A DNA stretch of 64,000 nucleotides from Candidatus Nomurabacteria bacterium (GTDB lineage Bacteria; Patescibacteriota; Minisyncoccia; Phycocordibacterales; UBA5272). Shown here piece by piece: positions 57,322 to 64,000 of this stretch (within the stretch, counting starts at the first letter, position 1; every line of letters starts with the position of its first letter). The position numbers were made by a program, and so were the translations under genes. The notes under the pieces were generated by a model that made no database searches, was not told the origin of the DNA, and was given only the letters and a program-made list of their open reading frames with translations. Location: NCBI GenBank assembly GCA_029288775.1, contig JARIGQ010000001.1, positions 29,044-93,043 on the forward strand, given 5' to 3'.

Positions 57322-59310
57322 ATGAAAAAACTCCCGCTTACTGAAAAAGATTTTATATGGTCCAAGCTTACTCCAAAGCACATCGAAAAGATCGGCCAAG
57401 AAGCAATTGAATATAAAAGGGAAAGTTACAAAAAAATTAAAGCCATTCTTCCCGAAGATCGTACCTATATAAATACAATGTATGCGCTGGAGCAGGCTGA
57501 TGGCCCTTCAGGCGATATGCTTAAAAAGGTTGCGCTTCTTGGAGAAGTTTCGCCAAAGGAAGAAGTTCGCAACACTGCATCACGCGTTTTAATAGAAGTG
57601 TCTTCCAAAATGGTTGATGTGGAATACGATCGCGGTATCTATACGTCGCTACTTGAATACTACGAAGGCAATTTCCGTGATGAAAAGAAGAAGCTTAGCA
57701 AGGAGGACATAAAGCTCTTGGAAGATATCATCCGTGAATATAGGCGCATGGGATTTGATCTTCAAGAAAAAGATCAGAAGCAGCTTAAGACGTGGCTGAA
57801 GCGTGCGTCTAAACTTGGCGAAGAATTTAGAAAGAATATCAATGACTACCAAGACTATATTCTCTGCACACGCGAAGAGTTAGATGGCCTTGCTGATCGC
57901 GTGATTGACTCACTTCCTAAAGATAAGTCGGGTAAGTATATGGTTACCCTTCAGTATCCGCATATCGGGCCTTTCATGCAGTTTGCCAAGAATAGGAAGA
58001 AGCGCGAAGAACTTGCAGTTAAAAATCTTCGTAAAGGTGGTGCTAAGAATTTAAAGCTCATTAAGGAACTAGTCGAAATTCGCAAGCAGTTCTCTTCACT
58101 TTTAGGATATGCGACCTACGCCCATTTCAAGACTGAAAATCGTATGGCCAAGAAAGGGGAGATCGCTGAAAAGTTTCAAAATGATCTCTTGAAAAAGCTT
58201 ATCTTGCCTGCCAAGAAAGATACGGACATGCTCCGCGCGCACGCGAAGACACTTGGTATAGATACGCTTGAGCACTATGACCTAGCATTTGTGGCAAATG
58301 ACCTGCAGCAAAAGCTCTATGGGGTAGACCCAGAAGCAATCCGTGCTTATTTCCCGCTTGAGCATGTTATGAAGCAGATGTTCACTCTTTTCGGAAAGAT
58401 GTTTGGAATAACGTTTGAACAAAAAGAATGGAAAACCTGGCACAAGGATGTCCGTGTCTATGAAGTAAAGAATAAGGATAAGTCGCTGGTGGGGTATATG
58501 CTTTTTGATCTTTTTCCGCGTCCAGGAAAATATGGCCATGCATGTTGTATAGATATTGTGATCAGCCGAGAAACAGCTTGGAATGCAGATACGATGATTG
58601 CGCCAGTAACGACAATGGTGTGTAATTTCCCTTATCCGACTAAGAAACTGCCGTCACTTATTTCTATCGGTGAAGTAGAAACGTTATTCCATGAGTTTGG
58701 TCATGGGCTTCATATGACGCTTTCACAGACGCGCTATGAATCACAAAGCAGCGCGCATGTGGCATGGGATTTTATCGAGACGCCGTCCCAGATGATGGAG
58801 AATTGGGTGTGGAATGATGAAATGTTGAAGAAGCTCTCCAAGCACTACGCGACAGGAAAATCTCTTCCTCGCGATATGAGGCAAAGAATCATTTCCAGTA
58901 AGAAGTTTTTAAGTGGTTACTATACTATGCGCCAGCTCATTATGGGAAAGCTCGATATGGATTATCATCTTGGGAAAATCGAGAATCCTCAGGAAGCATA
59001 TCGGCAGATGGTGAAATTATATTCAGGAATAGAACTCCCCCACAAGGATTCACTTTTTCCTGCAAGCTTCGGGCATATTGGAGGCGGGTATGATGCCGGA
59101 TACTACTCTTATCTCTGGGCACTTGTATACGCACAGGACGCTTTCTCCTTATTTGAAAAGGATGGAATTACTAATCCGGAAGTTGGCATGCATTGGCGCA
59201 GGGAAGTGTTAGAAAAAGGTTCATCAATAGACGAGCTTGAGCTTATGAAAAAATTCCTTGGTCGTAAGCCGTCTAATGCTGCGTTCTTGAAAGAGCTAGG
59301 AGTGAAATAA
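57322..59310 (+). CDS. M3-family oligoendopeptidase (thimet/oligopeptidase A-like)
   Basis: HEFGHGLH zinc motif with a downstream E. Confidence 0.85.
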   Translation: MKKLPLTEKDFIWSKLTPKHIEKIGQEAIEYKRESYKKIKAILPEDRTYINTMYALEQADGPSGDMLKKVALLGEVSPKEEVRNTASRVLIEVSSKMVDVEYDRGIYTSLLEYYEGNFRDEKKKLSKEDIKLLEDIIREYRRMGFDLQEKDQKQLKTWLKRASKLGEEFRKNINDYQDYILCTREELDGLADRVIDSLPKDKSGKYMVTLQYPHIGPFMQFAKNRKKREELAVKNLRKGGAKNLKLIKELVEIRKQFSSLLGYATYAHFKTENRMAKKGEIAEKFQNDLLKKLILPAKKDTDMLRAHAKTLGIDTLEHYDLAFVANDLQQKLYGVDPEAIRAYFPLEHVMKQMFTLFGKMFGITFEQKEWKTWHKDVRVYEVKNKDKSLVGYMLFDLFPRPGKYGHACCIDIVISRETAWNADTMIAPVTTMVCNFPYPTKKLPSLISIGEVETLFHEFGHGLHMTLSQTRYESQSSAHVAWDFIETPSQMMENWVWNDEMLKKLSKHYATGKSLPRDMRQRIISSKKFLSGYYTMRQLIMGKLDMDYHLGKIENPQEAYRQMVKLYSGIELPHKDSLFPASFGHIGGGYDAGYYSYLWALVYAQDAFSLFEKDGITNPEVGMHWRREVLEKGSSIDELELMKKFLGRKPSNAAFLKELGVK

Positions 59311-59608
59311 GGAGAATCATAAAAAAGAGCGGCCGGAAGGCCGCTCTGAAGGGTTCGGTTCCCCTTGAAGAAACTTGCAAGAAACTTCGGGATTGCCAAA
59401 CCACCTGAAATGGTCTCCAACCTTGGTTGATGCAACTTTGTTAGGCCGGTAAGCTGTACAAGATATGCAGGGAGGGAGTGGGTTGCGTCCACGTCTCCAG
59501 GAGCCAAGGTCAGAGAACCATATTCTACTCTTCTTTTAAAACTAGCGCAATTGGAAAAAATATGGTACTATGCTAGGCACCTAAACGGCAATGCCGTTTT
59601 CTTATTTT

Positions 59609-61402
59609 ATGCAGCAAGAAATTCGAAATATCGCTATTATCGCCCACGTAGACCATGGAAAGACCACGCTTACCGATGCGCTTATGCAGCAGTGTGGAGT
59701 GGGAGTAGAAGGTCAGACTATGGATTCCAATCCTATGGAAAAGGAGCGCGGCATTACTATTACCGCCAAGAATACTTCTGTTCCGTACAAGGGAGTAAAA
59801 ATTAACATTCTCGATACGCCAGGTCACGCGGACTTTGGTTCGGAAGTGGAGCGCGTGTTGCGTTCAATCGACTGTGTGCTTCTTGTGGTGGATGCTCAAG
59901 AAGGGCCAATGCCACAGACTCGTTTCGTACTTAAGAAGTCTCTTGAACTTGGCCTTAAGCCGATTGTGGTTATTAACAAAATTGATAAGCCAGCCTCTGA
60001 TCCTACGCGTGTACATGATGAAGTCTTCGAACTTTTTATGGAGCTTGGGGCAAATGACGAGCAGTTGGATTTTACCACTGTCTACGCCATTGGACGTCAG
60101 GGAGTCGCAATGAGAAAGCTTGATGACGAGCGTAAGGATCTCACGCCGCTTCTTGATATTATTTTGGAAAAAGTTCCTCGCGCTACGGGAGATATGACAA
60201 AGCCAGTTGTTGCCCAGGCCTTCAATCTTGCGTATGACAACTTCCTTGGCCGCATGGCTGTGGTCCGTGTGTACGATGGAACCTTGAAAGTGGGTGAAGA
60301 GTTTATTGTAAAAAAGTCCGATGGAAGTTCTTCCAAGTCTAAGGTAACGAAAATTTTCACCTTTAATGGTATTAATCGTATGGATGTACCTGAGGTTATT
60401 GCGGGTGACATTGCGATGATTGCCGGTTTTCCAGATATTTATATTGGAGATACCTTCGTGAAGAATGCTGAGCAGGAAGCCATGGAGGCGATTCATATTG
60501 ATGAACCAACTATTGCGCTAAATTTCTTGGTAAACGATTCTCCATTTGCCGGGAAGGAAGGTAAATTCGTAACCGGACGTCAAATTCGTGACCGTCTCGA
60601 AAAGGAACTTGAAATTAACGTAGGGCTTAAGGTTGATTTTGATACCGATAAGTATTTGGTATATGGGCGTGGCGAGCTTCACATTGGTGTGCTTTTGGAA
60701 ACTATGCGCCGCGAGGGATATGAACTTCAAGTGTCGCAGCCACAAGTTATTTTCCATGAACATGATGGCGTGAAGGAAGAGCCGTACGAGGAACTTGTTA
60801 TCGATGTGCCGGTAGAATCAGCTGGAGCTGTTATGGAAAAGCTTGGACGTCGCAAGGCAACCATTCTTGATATGAGCGAGAAGCATGGAGTTAATCGCAT
60901 CAAGGCAGAAATCCCTATGCGCGGACTCCTTGGCTATAGAGGGGAATTTGTTATCGATACAAAAGGGCTCGGTATTCTTTCGGCTCGTTACTTGAAGTTT
61001 GGTCCCTATGCAGGCCCAATTCAGCGCCGTTTAGTAGGTTCTATGACTTCTATGGCAACAGGGAAGGCGCTTGCGTTTTCACTTTGGAATTTGCAGGATC
61101 GTGGAACTATTTATATTCAGCCAACCACGGAAGTGTATGAAGGTATGGTGATTGGAAACACATCCAAAGGCGAAGAAATGATTGTGAATCCCACAAAAGG
61201 CAAGCAGCTTTCAAACATGCGTTCATCAGGAGCTGATGAAGCAATCGTTCTTACTCCTCCATGGGAAATTACCATTGAACGTGGACTGGAAATCATGAAT
61301 GCCGATGAGTATTTGGAGGTGACTCCAAAATCCGTTCGACTTCGCAAACAGCTTTTGACCGAAACCGATCGCGCGAAAGCGGGACGTAAGGTCAATCTCT
61401 AA
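59609..61402 (+). CDS. typA: Ribosome-associated GTPase TypA/BipA
   Basis: [15 protein letters not shown]1 motif and EF-G-like domains. An alternative in-frame ATG at 59591 lies inside a hairpin. Confidence 0.9.
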   Translation: MQQEIRNIAIIAHVDHGKTTLTDALMQQCGVGVEGQTMDSNPMEKERGITITAKNTSVPYKGVKINILDTPGHADFGSEVERVLRSIDCVLLVVDAQEGPMPQTRFVLKKSLELGLKPIVVINKIDKPASDPTRVHDEVFELFMELGANDEQLDFTTVYAIGRQGVAMRKLDDERKDLTPLLDIILEKVPRATGDMTKPVVAQAFNLAYDNFLGRMAVVRVYDGTLKVGEEFIVKKSDGSSSKSKVTKIFTFNGINRMDVPEVIAGDIAMIAGFPDIYIGDTFVKNAEQEAMEAIHIDEPTIALNFLVNDSPFAGKEGKFVTGRQIRDRLEKELEINVGLKVDFDTDKYLVYGRGELHIGVLLETMRREGYELQVSQPQVIFHEHDGVKEEPYEELVIDVPVESAGAVMEKLGRRKATILDMSEKHGVNRIKAEIPMRGLLGYRGEFVIDTKGLGILSARYLKFGPYAGPIQRRLVGSMTSMATGKALAFSLWNLQDRGTIYIQPTTEVYEGMVIGNTSKGEEMIVNPTKGKQLSNMRSSGADEAIVLTPPWEITIERGLEIMNADEYLEVTPKSVRLRKQLLTETDRAKAGRKVNL

Positions 61403-61403
61403 C

Positions 61404-61922
61404 ATGAACTCAATTATTCATACTGCTCGCCAGAGAAAGGTGGTAACCATTATAGTGGTAGGGCTTCTTGTATGTGTGGTTGCATACGGATATCGCTGTG
61501 TGGGAAGAAAGATATGCGGAGCAACGATTCTTGATCAGACAGTAAGAAGCGAGGCAAGTATTGTAGCTCCAAATGGAGTTAAACTTTCTTTGGAAATTGC
61601 AGATACGCCGGAGTCTCGCGAGCAGGGTTTATCAGATCGCAACGGTATCCATGACAATGATGGCATGCTCTTTGTATTTGATGAGCCGGGAAAGTATGCA
61701 TTTTGGATGAAAGACATGTATTTCCCTATTGATATGGTATGGGTGAATGAAGATGGTGTCGTGGTACATGTAGAAAATAATGTAAGTCCTGATACCTATT
61801 TTCTTTCAAAGCCTCCGCGGGTATTTGTAAATGGCCCTCAGGCAAGCTATGTATTGGAATTAAAAGCAGGGGAAGCTGAAAAGGATGGCATGTATTTGGG
61901 TACCCATCTTATATTTGAATAA
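61404..61922 (+). CDS. DUF192 domain protein
   Basis: ESREQGLSDRNG...GMLFVF...FWMKDMYFPIDMVWV. Confidence 0.65.
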   Translation: MNSIIHTARQRKVVTIIVVGLLVCVVAYGYRCVGRKICGATILDQTVRSEASIVAPNGVKLSLEIADTPESREQGLSDRNGIHDNDGMLFVFDEPGKYAFWMKDMYFPIDMVWVNEDGVVVHVENNVSPDTYFLSKPPRVFVNGPQASYVLELKAGEAEKDGMYLGTHLIFE

Positions 61923-61924
61923 TG

Positions 61925-61954
61925 AAAAAGCTCTCCGGTAGGAGGGCTTTTTCA
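61925..61954 (+). terminator. Intrinsic terminator
   Basis: AAAAAGCTCTCC-ggta-GGAGGGCTTTTT hairpin. Confidence 0.8.
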
Positions 61955-62252
61955 TATATGTCTTTGTCTGTAAGCCGAATTCTGTTTTTGTGTAGACATG
62001 TATCTTGTCCCGCCATTGCTGTCGAGATCTAGCGACACTCCTTAGTATTGCTAATAAGGCACGGTCTTGCACACGCGTATGTATTTAGCCGTTTCAGCCG
62101 GACTGAACCGGATCGTTTCTGTTCGCAACACGGTGGTCACCCACGACGGGCGTTACCCGCTACGTTTCCACAGTGAAGTGGTGTGTGTTCGGACTTTCCT
62201 CACCGTTTCCGGCGCGTCTACCCAACAAAGAACTTTTTTAGTATACCATATA

Positions 62253-62281
62253 TTACAAAAAAATCAAGTTTGTGCTATACT
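62253..62281 (+). promoter_or_regulatory. Promoter TTACAA-17-TATACT giving a leaderless murJ transcript
   Basis: -10 at 62276-62281 and ATG at 62291. Confidence 0.5.
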
Positions 62282-62290
62282 ATGAAAACG

Positions 62291-63574
62291 ATGATTCTCA
62301 GAAACTCAGCAATTCTTGCTTTTTTTTCCATACTCTCACTTCTTCTTGGTGTTTTACGAGACCGCCTGCTTGCTACCATTGTAGGCGTAGGACCGGTGCT
62401 TGATGTGTATAATGCTGCTTTCCGTATCCCCGATCTCGTCTATGGAATTCTTCTGTCGTTTGTCTCAGCGGCAATTGTTGTGCCATTCATCACAAGTGAA
62501 GTGCATGCCTCCGATCATGATGGACTGGAGAAGAAGATGAATTCGCTTTTGTTTTTCTTTGCTGGAACGCAGATCGTTTTGCTTTCGCTTATGGCGATAG
62601 TGCTTCCGTATGTTACGCAGTATATTGTGCCTGGGTTTGATGCTTCTCAAACCACGCTCTATGTCACTGCAACGCGACTTCTTCTTATTCAGCCGCTTCT
62701 TCTTGGCATTTCCATGCTCATTTCCTGCATTGCTCAGGTCAAGCATAAGTTTGTATTGTATTCTGTTGCACCTCTTTTATATACAGCGTGCATCATCATT
62801 TCCATTCCATTTCTATATCCAACATACGGACTCCTCGGAATTATTGGAGGGGTGGTTATTGGAGCCATTATACATTTTACGGTCCAGTCATATACATGGA
62901 TCACTTCGGGTATGGTACTCAACTCTTCCAAGTTTTCCTGGAGTATTGTGCGAGAGCATCTTCACTTTGCTATTCCTCGTTCAGGTTCCCATATTACGGG
63001 GCAAGTGCGAAATCTTATTTTTGCTACGGTAGCTACCAGTATGGGGGTAGGGGTGCTCTCCATATATGTATTTGCACAACGCATTATCGATGCCTTCATT
63101 CAGGTGTTAGTGCAGAGTGTTTCAAGCGCTTCTGTTCCCATTTTAGCCAAGCACCATGCGCATAATGAAGAAAAAGAATATTCTACGGTTCTTTTGAAGG
63201 TAATTGGAGGTATCGTTGGTCTTTCCTTTGTAATGCAAATTGCGAGCCTCTTGTTCGGAAATTTCATTGTCACGACGCTCTATGGTCATAGCGCTTTTAG
63301 GGGGGATATTGAACACCTTTTTATTCTTTTGGTTTGGTCCTTGCCGCTATATGCAATCAATAGTTATTTGGCAAATGCTTTTTCCGGGAGAGATACACGA
63401 AGTCTTTTTTATGCAAATTTTATGGCAACGCTCTTCACTATTGCAGTGTTATATCTTACCGCCAAAGAGGGGATTGTTGCTTTTGCTTATGCAACGTGGA
63501 CACTCGGTATAAGCTATCTCTTGCTCATTCTGTATTTCTATAGTAGAAAGAGGAGACTTTCGAGTGCGTCTTAA
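62291..63574 (+). CDS. murJ: Lipid II flippase MurJ (MviN)
   Basis: Fourteen-TM MOP-superfamily profile. The start was set at MILRNS, because the earlier ATGs lie within or at the -10. Confidence 0.8.
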   Translation: MILRNSAILAFFSILSLLLGVLRDRLLATIVGVGPVLDVYNAAFRIPDLVYGILLSFVSAAIVVPFITSEVHASDHDGLEKKMNSLLFFFAGTQIVLLSLMAIVLPYVTQYIVPGFDASQTTLYVTATRLLLIQPLLLGISMLISCIAQVKHKFVLYSVAPLLYTACIIISIPFLYPTYGLLGIIGGVVIGAIIHFTVQSYTWITSGMVLNSSKFSWSIVREHLHFAIPRSGSHITGQVRNLIFATVATSMGVGVLSIYVFAQRIIDAFIQVLVQSVSSASVPILAKHHAHNEEKEYSTVLLKVIGGIVGLSFVMQIASLLFGNFIVTTLYGHSAFRGDIEHLFILLVWSLPLYAINSYLANAFSGRDTRSLFYANFMATLFTIAVLYLTAKEGIVAFAYATWTLGISYLLLILYFYSRKRRLSSAS

Positions 63575-63578
63575 GAGT

Positions 63579-64000
63579 ATGAATATCCGCAATTTCTCCA
63601 TTATCGCCCATATTGACCATGGTAAATCAACGCTTGCCGACCGCATGCTTGAAATGACGCAGACGGTGGACAAGCGTCACATGAAAGAGCAAGTGCTTGA
63701 TAGCATGGAACTTGAACGTGAGCGCGGCATTACCATCAAAATGACTCCCGTGCGCATGCAGTACAAAAGTGAAGCCGGTGAGGACTTTATTTTAAACCTG
63801 ATCGACACCCCTGGACATATTGATTTTTCTTATGAAGTGTCACGTTCGCTTCGCGCGGTGGAAGGGGCGATACTCCTTGTAGATGCGACGCAGGGTGTGC
63901 AAGCACAAACGATGACCACGCTTGAAATGGCACAGGCTGCTGGACTTACTATCATTCCGGTGGTGAATAAAATTGACAGTCCGCTTGCCCGTGCAGAGGA
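63579..64000 (+). CDS. lepA: Elongation factor 4 (LepA), 3' partial at the window edge
   Basis: [23 protein letters not shown]1 motif and DTPGHIDF G3 motif. Runs off the window. Confidence 0.85.
   Translation, partial: MNIRNFSIIAHIDHGKSTLADRMLEMTQTVDKRHMKEQVLDSMELERERGITIKMTPVRMQYKSEAGEDFILNLIDTPGHIDFSYEVSRSLRAVEGAILLVDATQGVQAQTMTTLEMAQAAGLTIIPVVNKIDSPLARAE

Noticed and set aside
59327-59350. AGAGCGGCC-ggaa-GGCCGCTCT hairpin after the M3 peptidase, as a plus-strand terminator
   Set aside because: Its T-run is on the minus strand only (A-tract upstream on plus), and no minus-strand gene ends here. It was kept only as part of the structured typA upstream region.
62183-62290. Extended murJ start at 62183 or 62282
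   Set aside because: The -10 TATACT occupies 62276-62281, so an ATG at 62282 cannot be downstream of the TSS. The N-terminal extension is non-hydrophobic, unlike the MurJ N-terminus.

Overview
This is a roughly 64 kb chromosomal segment from a low-GC bacterium (overall about 42-45% GC). Several traits are typical of candidate phyla radiation (CPR; Patescibacteria/Parcubacteria-Saccharibacteria) genomes. These are a 23S-5S rRNA unit with no linked 16S, a 23S gene of about 4 kb carrying two group-I-type introns and a large inverted-repeat-flanked insertion, an interrupted tRNA between 23S and 5S, short ribosomal proteins, and many consensus promoters that abut start codons (leaderless mRNAs).

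Housekeeping genes are interspersed and carry most of the confident calls:
- Translation and ribosome: adk (5' partial), map, efp, rplJ-rplL, rplY, rpmE, prfA, rpsB-tsf, pheS/pheT, thrS, typA, lepA (3' partial), tRNA-Thr, tRNA-Ser.
- DNA maintenance: recA, ftsK, gyrB, tag.
- Cell envelope: ftsW/rodA, murJ, an L,D-transpeptidase, a MurC/Mpl-type Mur ligase, a PgeF-like YfiH protein, a GT4-family glycosyltransferase, a WbaP-like sugar transferase, an NDP-sugar epimerase, a processive GT2-family synthase, and a lytic transglycosylase with a coiled-coil N-terminus.
- Proteases, transport and other: htpX-lemA, an M3 oligopeptidase, an ABC exporter pair, a SpoU methyltransferase.

Candidate undescribed or unusual content, from most to least striking:
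1. A three-gene module built on a membrane-anchor-less TraD/VirD4-like coupling ATPase with a roughly 450 aa novel N-terminal domain, a small two-TM peptide missing from the ORF track, and a bPH_2 membrane protein.
2. An NlpC/P60-like papain-fold domain inserted in-frame within the B5 domain of PheT, with a C39-like peptidase translationally coupled downstream and a DUF3298 protein wedged between pheS and pheT.
3. A roughly 1036 aa Thr/Ser/Gly-rich PG-binding surface (S-layer-like) protein with an atypical, expression-optimised codon profile, a wHTH regulator and palindromic operator-like repeats upstream.
4. A GC-rich island of about 700 bp between gyrB and thrS holding small overlapping ORFs.
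5. A duplicated tRNA-Ser 3' end (att-like repeat).
6. Several structured non-coding regions of unknown identity.

All calls come from reading the sequence. No database searches were run.
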